Shown here: piece after piece, positions 56,218 through 64,000 of the stretch
Numbering within the stretch: the first letter of the stretch is position 1
How the letters are laid out: every line of letters starts with the position of its first letter
IMG/VR virus record: IMGVR_UViG_3300017705_000602
DNA: 64,000 nt
Direction: 5' to 3' (one strand)
DNA from: a virus
Lineage: Duplodnaviria; Heunggongvirae; Uroviricota; Caudoviricetes
Made by a program: the position numbers and the translations under genes
The notes under the pieces: generated by a model
What the model was told of the DNA's origin: nothing
What the model saw: only the letters and a program-made list of their open reading frames with translations
Databases searched by the model: none

Positions 56218-56352
56218 ATGTACTCAGTCATAACCAATTTTGGAAACTTCCCAGGGTTTGGCAGCTATGATGCTGCCAGACGCTTTGCTGTAAATTTGGC
56301 ACCCGGTTACATCTGGGGCATAGACCATCCGTCATACAGGAACATACCATGA
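56218..56352 (+). CDS. small hypothetical protein (44 aa)
   Basis: Manual translation; coupled to both neighbours. Confidence 0.5.
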   Translation: MYSVITNFGNFPGFGSYDAARRFAVNLAPGYIWGIDHPSYRNIP

Positions 56353-56747
56353 TACTCGAAGTCAGTCATCGCACAAGAAAGATCTTGATCAGAATCTTGA
56401 TCGCAACTTTGATTTTAACAGGAATGTATTCATTTGTCAAGTGGGCGAACTATGCCGCTGAAGACTTTCGTCACGCGCACAAGCTAACAGTGGACCGCAT
56501 AATCGAATGCTTCAACACAGATCACGAGATACAGTGTCGCGTTGACGCAAGCGACGGTGAAGAATACGTGCTGGACGGTTTAGTCAACCGGGGTCGTACA
56601 GTGTACAAGGAATGCTGGATCAAAGATCCGCGCACAAAAGACGCTAATCAAGAATGGTGTTACACAAATCTGCGCACCAGTTCACGTTATCGTGACGTGA
56701 CACACGAACAAGCTTGGAAAAAACAAGAACAGGAATTATCAGAATAA
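56349..56747 (+). CDS. membrane-anchored hypothetical protein
   Basis: N-terminal TM. Confidence 0.7.
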   Translation: MILEVSHRTRKILIRILIATLILTGMYSFVKWANYAAEDFRHAHKLTVDRIIECFNTDHEIQCRVDASDGEEYVLDGLVNRGRTVYKECWIKDPRTKDANQEWCYTNLRTSSRYRDVTHEQAWKKQEQELSE

Positions 56748-56810
56748 AAAGGTTGCATTCCGATCTGTGTGTGCTATTATGTACACACAGTTAGCAAACA
56801 GGAGCAACAC

Positions 56811-57101
56811 ATGAAACTTTCAAAGCGTAATCTTAAAATTGTAGAGCAGTTACAGGAACAGATCGAGCACCATGCGCTGATCATTGCACGCATCAAAGCT
56901 GACTGTCCGTACTTGCCGGACTGGTTCAAGAAAAAGCCTGTAGCATGGTACCAGGGCGCACAAGAGGCAGCGGCAGGCACACTCAATTCAATACTGATGG
57001 AGCACGGTTGTTACCAGGGCTTTCGTACCACATACGCAAAGAACAAGCAATTCAAAGTTGAATATCGATACGATTATTACTTCTTGAGTTCAGCAAAATA
57101 A
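56811..57101 (+). CDS. hypothetical cassette protein
   Basis: Start after leader SD. Confidence 0.75.
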   Translation: MKLSKRNLKIVEQLQEQIEHHALIIARIKADCPYLPDWFKKKPVAWYQGAQEAAAGTLNSILMEHGCYQGFRTTYAKNKQFKVEYRYDYYFLSSAK

Positions 57102-57175
57102 TTCCAAATAAAGGTTGCCCTGGGCAACCTTTCCTCTTATAATGTACACAACAGTTAGGAACGAGGAAACGCAAA

Positions 57176-57400
57176 ATGGTTTTAAATGGTTTTTGGTTTG
57201 ACGAGAAAGTTGAGCAACTGGTACTCGACTTGCAGGCTGCGCACAAGGCAACCGCAGGTGACTTTCAAAAGGCACTCAAGCTTTTATATCCCGAACATCG
57301 TCAAATCACGTGCGAGCAAGACTTTCGTGACTTTGTAGAAGCTTACACCGACTACGTGGACAATCAGGAAGCCTTGGCCCACTACGGTAGCAACTATTAA
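57176..57400 (+). CDS. hypothetical cassette protein
   Basis: Follows leader. Confidence 0.75.
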   Translation: MVLNGFWFDEKVEQLVLDLQAAHKATAGDFQKALKLLYPEHRQITCEQDFRDFVEAYTDYVDNQEALAHYGSNY

Positions 57401-57475
57401 TTGAAAAAAAGGTGTTGACAACAGTTGGCACCTTTGCTATTATGTACACAACAGTTAGGCACTAGGAGAAACAAA

Positions 57476-57970
57476 ATGGCATACGTATCACAAGAAGACA
57501 AAAAAGCATTAGCACCTGCAATCAAGGCAGTTCTCAAAAAGTACGGCATGAAGGGCACCATTGCCGTACGCCATCACTCAACGCTTGTGGTCAACATCAA
57601 GTCGGGTGACTTGGATGTAATGGGCGCTTGGAAAAAGGCAGCTCTTGAAAAGAACATTCACAAATACGACCTGTATAGCCCTGCAGACGTTGACAATCTC
57701 AATCGCTGTTTGGATGCCACTTACATAGATGTCAACACGTACTGGATAGACACAAACTACGCAGACGAACGTGTGGTTGCATTCTTGAACGAGCTCAAGT
57801 CAGCAATGGAAGGTCCGGACTTCTTTGACGAATCCGATGCAATGACTGACTATTTCCATCGCTCGCACTACATTGACATCAACATTGGGCAGTGGAATAA
57901 GCCATACGTGTGCAACAAAGAGGTTGCCAAGTTTGAGCCTGTTCAAGTTCGAGTTGCAGATCCTGTTTAA
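57476..57970 (+). CDS. LPD29-like domain protein
   Basis: IKAVLKKY...DESDAMTDYFH..Y.DINIG. Confidence 0.6.
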   Translation: MAYVSQEDKKALAPAIKAVLKKYGMKGTIAVRHHSTLVVNIKSGDLDVMGAWKKAALEKNIHKYDLYSPADVDNLNRCLDATYIDVNTYWIDTNYADERVVAFLNELKSAMEGPDFFDESDAMTDYFHRSHYIDINIGQWNKPYVCNKEVAKFEPVQVRVADPV

Positions 57971-58047
57971 AATAATTGCACAAAAAGGTAGACTTCTTAT
58001 CTGTGTGTGCTATTATGTACACACAGTTAGGAACGAGGAGCAACAAA

Positions 58048-58497
58048 ATGGCAACACAAGCAACAATTGCACGTCACAACACAGATGGCACGTTTGACAC
58101 AATCTATTTACACTTCGATGGCTACCTTGATCACACGTTTCGCATACTGCGCGAGCACTATGCAACACAAGCAAGCGTAGACGAACTGATTGAGTTGGGC
58201 GACCTCAGCGTAATTGCTGAGCATGCTGACCCAGGCCCAGGGCAAGATTATCACAGCTTTGAAACGCCTGCACAAGACGTCTGTATAGCATATCATCGCG
58301 ACAGAGGCGAGTCGTATGCAAAGACCAAAGCACAGCGAGTTCCGTTGCTTACAAGCGACGACACAGCGTTTTATACATACGTGTGGAGCAACGGACAATG
58401 GTACGCTTTTGCAGGTGGCAAGCCAGTTGAAGACCAAGAGCTGGGCACAATGGCATTGGCTGACAAACTGCACCAAATTGAACACATCACTTCCTGA
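58048..58497 (+). CDS. hypothetical cassette protein
   Basis: IYLHFDGY, LIELGDLS, AYHRDRGE. Confidence 0.75.
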   Translation: MATQATIARHNTDGTFDTIYLHFDGYLDHTFRILREHYATQASVDELIELGDLSVIAEHADPGPGQDYHSFETPAQDVCIAYHRDRGESYAKTKAQRVPLLTSDDTAFYTYVWSNGQWYAFAGGKPVEDQELGTMALADKLHQIEHITS

Positions 58498-58557
58498 CTG
58501 TACTGGCCCTCCGGGGCCTTTTTTAGCGGTGGTCCACGCTATTTTTTATAGATAGAT

Positions 58558-58645
58558 TTCGGCAGGCCGTGGCCTAGTCGCGTCCCATATCCTCATGGTG
58601 TAGCTTTATGTTTCTTATAATAGCATAACGCACACACAAGTCAAC
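58558..58645 (-). ncRNA. promoter plus putative sRNA, copy 2
   Basis: TTGACT-16-TATTAT on minus strand; similar to 51208-51294; hairpins at 58505-58546 downstream. Confidence 0.55.
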
Positions 58646-58737
58646 CCTAAATAAAATAAAATATCTTGCAGAAAAAGGTTGCACTCTATTCTAGTCGTGC
58701 TATTATGTACACACAGTTAGGAAATAGGAGTTACACA

Positions 58738-59022
58738 ATGTCAGTAAAACAAATTAACAATTGCGCAGACAGGCTAGAACAGATCGTGGAAGAAATGCAA
58801 GAACTGCTTGACGAAGCCGGGACTTTAATCACCGAGATTGATACGCACGGTGAACTCGCAGGGTCAGATTTGAACTTGGAATTCAAGAACTACATTCGCC
58901 CTCACTTACAGATACGCATAGGCGAGGATGGCGGTGGGTACATGTCAAATGAAAAGGGCCTTGGTGACATGGTCAATCGTGCGCGTGAAGTTGCAGATGA
59001 AATGGAACACATGCAAGATTAA
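58738..59022 (+). CDS. acidic hypothetical cassette protein
   Basis: Start after leader SD. Confidence 0.75.
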   Translation: MSVKQINNCADRLEQIVEEMQELLDEAGTLITEIDTHGELAGSDLNLEFKNYIRPHLQIRIGEDGGGYMSNEKGLGDMVNRAREVADEMEHMQD

Positions 59023-59094
59023 TTGAAAAAATAGGTTGCACTCTATTCTGTGTGTGCTATTATGTACACACAGTTAGCAAACAGGAGTTACACA

Positions 59095-59337
59095 ATGTCA
59101 CAATTATTTCAGCACAACAACATCGAACGTTCAACTTCACGCATCTGGAAAAAGCGCGAGCTCAACAAAATTGTCAAGGCATGCGCCGAAGCTGAGTACG
59201 ATGTGGTTGACACAGGTACACAGATTATAGTTGGTCTCAAAGACACAGATCAAATATTTCTGAAAGCACTCAAAGGCAACGGCTCTTGGTTGGTGCGTTA
59301 CGACAAGGGCTTGTTTGACGAGTCACTGGTAAATTAA
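59095..59337 (+). CDS. hypothetical cassette protein
   Basis: Start after leader SD. Confidence 0.75.
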   Translation: MSQLFQHNNIERSTSRIWKKRELNKIVKACAEAEYDVVDTGTQIIVGLKDTDQIFLKALKGNGSWLVRYDKGLFDESLVN

Positions 59338-59409
59338 TTGCAAAATGGAGTTGACTGATGTCAACTCCTACTCTATACTGTACACACAGTTAGGAAATAG
59401 GAGACAGTT

Positions 59410-59601
59410 ATGCAAGAAGTTTTAGGTTACGATGTACGCGAGTTGTTCGACCCGGTTCAGACACATGCCGCTTACCGTGTTCCCAGTGATCAGATTGATC
59501 ACTTAAAGCAACACCTCAAGTCCGAGCACAATGCAACCCGCTTTCGTCGAGTTAAAACCATGATATCTGGTATCGAAATTTTGTGTTTTAAATTGAAATA
59601 A
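59410..59601 (+). CDS. hypothetical cassette protein
   Basis: Follows leader. Confidence 0.7.
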   Translation: MQEVLGYDVRELFDPVQTHAAYRVPSDQIDHLKQHLKSEHNATRFRRVKTMISGIEILCFKLK

Positions 59602-59664
59602 AAGGTTGCATTCTTTTCTAGTCGTGCTATTATGTACACACAGTTAGGAAATAGGAGTTACACA

Positions 59665-59901
59665 ATGTCAAACAAAACTTTAATGCTAGGCTTGATCGGA
59701 ACCACCAAAAACGGCACTACCAAGACCGAAATTCATTTTGCGCAGGACAAGCGTTTTCTTGAGTTGCATCAGGAGTCCGGGTACGTGGTAGCAAGCTTGC
59801 CAGTTGGCACAGCACGCGCATTGGCACAAGCAGACAACCGCTGGGAAGTGGCAATTGCACTGTATGATCTGCATGTTGGCACTGGCAAATTAATTGCATA
59901 A
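59665..59901 (+). CDS. hypothetical cassette protein
   Basis: Start after leader SD. Confidence 0.7.
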   Translation: MSNKTLMLGLIGTTKNGTTKTEIHFAQDKRFLELHQESGYVVASLPVGTARALAQADNRWEVAIALYDLHVGTGKLIA

Positions 59902-59964
59902 AAAGGTTGCATTCGTTTCTGTGTGTGCTATTATGTACACACAGTTAGGAAACGGAGATACAAA

Positions 59965-60210
59965 ATGAAATTTGTTGAGATTGAATTTGAAAACGCAGGC
60001 GCAGCCACCACAGAAACTATTGTGGGTGAGCTGTTGAACAACGTTGCATACGATCACGTCACTGGTTGTGCTGGTTGCTTGATTGGTGCAACTGCTCAAG
60101 ACATTAGCAAATTTACCAGCGAAGTGCAAGACATTGTTTGGAAACATAACGGTGGCATGCTTTGTGAAGTGACGGTAAAGACCGAAGCTGAAGTTGAGCA
60201 TTTGCTTTAA
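59965..60210 (+). CDS. hypothetical cassette protein
   Basis: Start after leader SD. Confidence 0.7.
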   Translation: MKFVEIEFENAGAATTETIVGELLNNVAYDHVTGCAGCLIGATAQDISKFTSEVQDIVWKHNGGMLCEVTVKTEAEVEHLL

Positions 60211-60274
60211 AAAAAGGTTGCATTCAGATCTGTGTGTGCTATTATGTACACACAGTTAGCAAACGGAGAACAAC

Positions 60275-60412
60275 ATGAGACAGTCCAGTTTAGATACACA
60301 GATTCAGGACCTCAACGACCAGATCGAAGAGGCACAGGCAGCAGGGCGCCAAGGTGAAGCCGAAGAGCTTTACATGGAACTCGAAGAACTTTGTAGAGAA
60401 GAAGACCTATAA
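60275..60412 (+). CDS. small acidic cassette protein (45 aa)
   Basis: Manual translation MRQSSLDTQIQDLNDQIEEA...; follows leader. Confidence 0.65.
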   Translation: MRQSSLDTQIQDLNDQIEEAQAAGRQGEAEELYMELEELCREEDL

Positions 60413-60690
60413 AAAGGTTGCATTCGTTTCTAGCTGTGTTAGTATAAGCACAGTTAGGAACGAAAGTGTTAACAAGTTTTTTATTTTACGAAATTAAAAA
60501 AAAGATAAAAAACTTATTGACACTACTTGTAGAGTAGGTTATAATAGCTACACACAGTTAGGGCAAAGAACAAAACTTTGCACTACACAAAAAAAATTAA
60601 AAAATTGGTAGACACACAGGTTAGAAAGTGTATAATACACACAAGTTAAACAAACTTAGTTCATAAACACACAGTCCAGGAGACACTATT

Positions 60691-61164
60691 ATGACAAACG
60701 CAACTGTAAACGCAACAAACACAAACACAGCAACTGAAGCAACTGTAGAGCAGCCAGTATTCCGCCCAGGCACAAGCCGCGCAACTGCACTTGATATCTT
60801 TACGCAAATGCTACCACAGCGTGCTGAGTTAGGTAACACAGAGTTCCGTAAGGGTGTTATCGCTAAGATGATGGAAGAGCAGGGCATGACGCTAGCAAGT
60901 GCGGCAGCAACGTACAACATCATCAAGAAGTACGCAGTAAACAATCAGATCGTTGACGACTTTGGACGCACACCGGCAGAGCCAAAGCCAGCTAAGGCAG
61001 CAAAGAAAGCGCCTAAGCCAGAAGCTAAGCCAGAAGTAAAGACAGTGAACGTAGCACGAGCTAAAGACGGCGAAGTCGTAGCAGAAGGCGTTACAGAAGC
61101 TGAAGCGCAAGAGCTTATCGCTAAGGCAGTCAAGCAAAAGAAAGCCAAGCTAGTAATTGCTTAA
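60691..61164 (+). CDS. putative helical DNA-binding protein with Lys/Ala/Pro-rich tail
   Basis: FRKGVI...MTLASAAATYNIIKK; three tandem promoters upstream. Confidence 0.75.
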   Translation: MTNATVNATNTNTATEATVEQPVFRPGTSRATALDIFTQMLPQRAELGNTEFRKGVIAKMMEEQGMTLASAAATYNIIKKYAVNNQIVDDFGRTPAEPKPAKAAKKAPKPEAKPEVKTVNVARAKDGEVVAEGVTEAEAQELIAKAVKQKKAKLVIA

Positions 61165-61177
61165 ACTGACAACAAGA

Positions 61178-61202
61178 AAGCGTCCTAAGGGGCGCTTTTT
61201 TT
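61178..61202 (+). terminator. intrinsic terminator
   Basis: AAGCGTCC-TAAG-GGGCGCTT plus T-run. Confidence 0.8.
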
Positions 61203-61286
61203 GTGACTTTTATTTCAAAAAGAGGTAGACTTCTTTTCTAGCTATGCTATTATGTACACACAGTTAGGAAATAGGAGTAACACAAT

Positions 61287-61571
61287 ATGTCAGTACAATT
61301 TGCAACCAAAAGACTTATCGACTCAGTTTGGACTGTAGCGTTTAAGTGGGTAGACGGTAAAGTAGAGATTGTTAGCTACGATCGCGAGAACACAGTTGGC
61401 TACCAATACGAAAAGGACTTGCCACAGTGTACGCTGATTGAACAAGACGATCGCACTGTAACAGCTATTAGGCTACGCAAGCATCGCTCATTTGACTACC
61501 AGTGGGCCGAAGACGCAGGCGAAGTGTTCGAAGTTGTCAACCCACAGCACGTTTTTAGCTACTCGGATTAA
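61287..61571 (+). CDS. hypothetical cassette protein
   Basis: Follows leader. Confidence 0.75.
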   Translation: MSVQFATKRLIDSVWTVAFKWVDGKVEIVSYDRENTVGYQYEKDLPQCTLIEQDDRTVTAIRLRKHRSFDYQWAEDAGEVFEVVNPQHVFSYSD

Positions 61572-61643
61572 TTAGCAAAAAGGAGTTGACATCAGTCAAC
61601 TCCTACTCTATACTGTACACACAGTTAGAAAACGGAGTACAAC

Positions 61644-61946
61644 ATGCAACAACCAATTTTAACACCACTTACTACCAGCGCATTCATCAAGCGTGTGCGC
61701 AAGGCAGGCTTTATTGAGCGCAACGAAAACTATCCTGTGGTAGCAGAAGTGCCAGACGGATATGTGTTTGTGTGCTTCAACGACAACGACGGCACATGGT
61801 TCGTGAACAAGTTCTGGCTCAACACAAATGACTGGAACTGTCAACCGATATTCGAATGTGACACTTATTCGGGTGCGTTTGCTTACTTTCAGTTAGAGTA
61901 TGTGAGACAGCTTGAGCAACGTAAAATTAAATTGTCTTTGTTTTAA
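61644..61946 (+). CDS. hypothetical cassette protein
   Basis: Follows leader. Confidence 0.75.
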   Translation: MQQPILTPLTTSAFIKRVRKAGFIERNENYPVVAEVPDGYVFVCFNDNDGTWFVNKFWLNTNDWNCQPIFECDTYSGAFAYFQLEYVRQLEQRKIKLSLF

Positions 61947-62011
61947 TTAATGGTAGACTTCTTATCTGTGTGTGCTATTATGTACACACAGTTAGGAAAC
62001 GGAGATACAAT

Positions 62012-62458
62012 ATGTCACAACTAGAACAGCTACAAGATTTAATCAAGCAAGCCAAGCAACAGAACTGGCCAGGCAGTACCTTGTCATTTTCACGAGGTGT
62101 GTTCTCAAGCAACATCATGTTCGCAAGCGTAACGCTAGGCGCAACAATGGACGAGATGCCAAACCGCATTTTACAGAATGATCCGCTTCGTGTCAAGTTT
62201 TATATTGAACAGAAACTTAGCGGTGAGATCTCAGTAGAGCCGACCATGATCATTGGCAGACTCAAGCCGGAAAGTGCAATGTACGCAATGTCAAGTGAAA
62301 AGGTACGCACACGCAAGGTCACTGGCTCTGCAGAAAAAGTTGCACAGTCAATCGGTAAAATGCTTGACAAGTTGCGTGTTAGGATTGAACAGCTGGACAA
62401 CGAAGATCGTTTCCTGGACGGACTAACGTATTCAATTTCAGAAAAAGTTTGCAAATAA
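62012..62458 (+). CDS. hypothetical cassette protein
   Basis: Start after leader SD. Confidence 0.75.
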   Translation: MSQLEQLQDLIKQAKQQNWPGSTLSFSRGVFSSNIMFASVTLGATMDEMPNRILQNDPLRVKFYIEQKLSGEISVEPTMIIGRLKPESAMYAMSSEKVRTRKVTGSAEKVAQSIGKMLDKLRVRIEQLDNEDRFLDGLTYSISEKVCK

Positions 62459-62522
62459 AAGGTTGCATTCAGATCTGTGTGTGCTATTATGTACACACAG
62501 TTAGGAAATAGGAAGAAACGAA

Positions 62523-62768
62523 ATGAACGAATTAACAATTGCAGAACTTGAAGAATTGATTGCAGATGCCAAAGCTTGTGGTGCAACAGAAGACACGCCT
62601 GTACACTTTAGCTACAACTACGGCGACCACTGGCGTACTACAGTTGCACCAAGCGCAAGCAATGCAGAGCTATTGTACGTAGAGCGCAGTGACTACCACC
62701 GCATGGACAAGTTAACCGAAGACGAAGGTGAACAAGAAAGCGATCGTCAAGTGTTTGTAATCTCATAA
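62523..62768 (+). CDS. hypothetical cassette protein
   Basis: YNYGDHWRT motif; follows leader. Confidence 0.75.
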   Translation: MNELTIAELEELIADAKACGATEDTPVHFSYNYGDHWRTTVAPSASNAELLYVERSDYHRMDKLTEDEGEQESDRQVFVIS

Positions 62769-62845
62769 AAAATAAAACAAAAGGGTTGACACCAGTTAAC
62801 CCTTTTCGTATAATGTACACACAGTTAGGAAATAGGAGCAACAAA

Positions 62846-63109
62846 ATGAACAACGTAGAAATTTATGCACAAGCCATAGCAGACTCAATTGCTGGATCTT
62901 CAGCACAAGGCGTAACCAGCTGGGACGATCCTGAGTTTGGTCGAGTTGCTTGCAAAATTGTCGAGCCTGTTATTGGCAACGCAGAGGCAAGCGAAGAGTA
63001 CTTCGAGTACATGGAAACAGACGCTGACAACTGGGCCAACTGGATTGCGCAGACGTTTGGTGAGGACTGGGGTCGAGTTGCACGAGTAGTAGCTGAAGAA
63101 GGATACTAG
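62846..63109 (+). CDS. acidic hypothetical cassette protein
   Basis: Start after leader SD. Confidence 0.75.
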   Translation: MNNVEIYAQAIADSIAGSSAQGVTSWDDPEFGRVACKIVEPVIGNAEASEEYFEYMETDADNWANWIAQTFGEDWGRVARVVAEEGY

Positions 63110-63180
63110 CGCACAAAAAGGAGTTGACATCAGTTGGCTCCTTTGTTATCATGTACACAGTTAGGAAACAGGAGCAACAC

Positions 63181-63558
63181 ATGCGCACAGAACAAAAGAA
63201 ACGTTTAATAAAAATGATTAAGGTAGACGCAGTCTATCTTGCGGCAGCATCATTGATGTTGATTGATCACTGGATAGGCACAGCGGCAGCAATCGTGTTC
63301 ACTGTTTACATTGCTGTCATATGGGCCACGCTCATGCTCAAATGGGACAGTATTGTGATTGAAATGGATCGCCAGTATCGGCACTCGGGCTCACCGCAAC
63401 TGTTCGTGCTCAATTGTGCAGTTGCTGTCGTGATGTCGTGTATCATATTCTTTTCGCCCATTGATGCAGTGTGGTCAGGTGTCATATTCGGATTGTACAT
63501 GATCACCTCCTTGTTGTCAGCAAAAATATATCAAGACATAATGAAAAATAATCTTTAA
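63181..63558 (+). CDS. membrane cassette protein
   Basis: About four TM segments. Confidence 0.75.
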   Translation: MRTEQKKRLIKMIKVDAVYLAAASLMLIDHWIGTAAAIVFTVYIAVIWATLMLKWDSIVIEMDRQYRHSGSPQLFVLNCAVAVVMSCIIFFSPIDAVWSGVIFGLYMITSLLSAKIYQDIMKNNL

Positions 63559-63697
63559 AAAGGTAGACTTCTTATCTGTGTGTGCTATTATGTACACAGT
63601 TAGGAAGCAAAGGAACAGCTTTTAAAACCACAAGGAGTGTGCGTACAGCACGCTCCTTTTTTATATTGTACACAACACTAAACGAGAGGTACAACAC

Positions 63698-64000
63698 ATG
63701 CGACACACACAACTAATCGCAACCGCACTCGCAACAGTTATCTTGACCGCATGTGGAGGTGGAGGTGGCTCAGAGACCACAGTAGCACAAACACAGGCAG
63801 TGGCACCACCTCCTGCACCACCAACACCACCTCCTGCACCAGTTGCAACAGACGATCGTGAAACTGTGTGGACATTTGCAGTTGGCACCGAAGTTGTAGC
63901 AACAACAATCGGCGGTGAGTATCCAGCTCGCATCGGAGACTTTTTTGTCGACGACTTTGACGGAGATGGCATCAACGACATACTGATAGGCGGCGCAACC
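63698..64000 (+). CDS. lipoprotein with Pro-rich linker and FG-GAP/VCBS-like repeat (3'-truncated)
   Basis: Manual translation: lipobox LTAC-GGGGG, PPPAPPTPPPAP, DFDGDGINDILIG. Confidence 0.75.
   Translation, partial: MRHTQLIATALATVILTACGGGGGSETTVAQTQAVAPPPAPPTPPPAPVATDDRETVWTFAVGTEVVATTIGGEYPARIGDFFVDDFDGDGINDILIGGAT

Larger units (their letters stand above)
51430..63612 (+). repeat. about 30 dispersed promoter + leader modules (TWGHMW-16/17-TAWWAT-GTACACACAGTTAGGAAATAGGAG-ATG)
   Basis: Near-identical module before nearly every gene, e.g. ACAGTTAG at 51470, 52342, 52605, 53313, 53663, 54185, 55431, 58023, 59640, 61260, 62821. Confidence 0.92.

Noticed and set aside
53275-63180. N-terminal extensions such as MYTQLGNRS / MCYYVHTV shared by many ORFs in the track
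   Set aside because: They are translations of the promoter/leader repeat; true starts lie after the AGGAG SD.
51430-63612. CRISPR array or integron from the repeated leader modules
   Set aside because: Spacers are whole genes of 140-800 bp, repeats are promoters with SD, and there are no cas genes, integrase or attC-type structure in the window.
1-64000. Genome-wide stop-codon reassignment
   Set aside because: Recognisable proteins are full length under the standard code and end in TAA, TAG and TGA; only one internal TAA was noticed.

Overview
This 64-kb window is most likely part of a large lytic (jumbo-type) phage genome with a gammaproteobacterial host. Support: dense small ORFs, sigma70-type promoters plus T4-like TAAATA late-promoter motifs, host-like csrA, groES, pth2 and fpr genes, and no housekeeping operons. 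Layout: (1) 1-29 kb holds a MoxR-like AAA + VWA pair, HNH nucleases, a minus-strand modification cluster (carbamoyltransferase, PP-loop protein, subtilase, glycosyltransferase, 2OG-Fe(II) oxygenase, methyltransferase-like protein, GNAT), CsrA and Pth2. (2) 28.7-36.8 kb is rich in structured non-coding elements: three oversized tRNA-like RNAs, an atypical UUA-anticodon tRNA, a 237-nt RNA, and a family of covarying hairpins with an invariant TCCTAT motif that each display a tRNA anticodon-loop-like heptamer, arrayed behind a 597-aa TerD-like gene. This last locus is the best candidate for an undescribed system (tRNA-decoy RNP). (3) 39-49.4 kb is an array of about 26 diverged paralogous small genes. 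(4) 50.96-51.19 kb is an oriC-like element with 13 DnaA boxes. (5) 51.3-64 kb is about 30 single-gene cassettes, each with its own promoter and a shared ACAGTTAGGAAATAGGAG leader. All calls come from reading motifs and base-pairing by eye. No database searches or folding programs were run.
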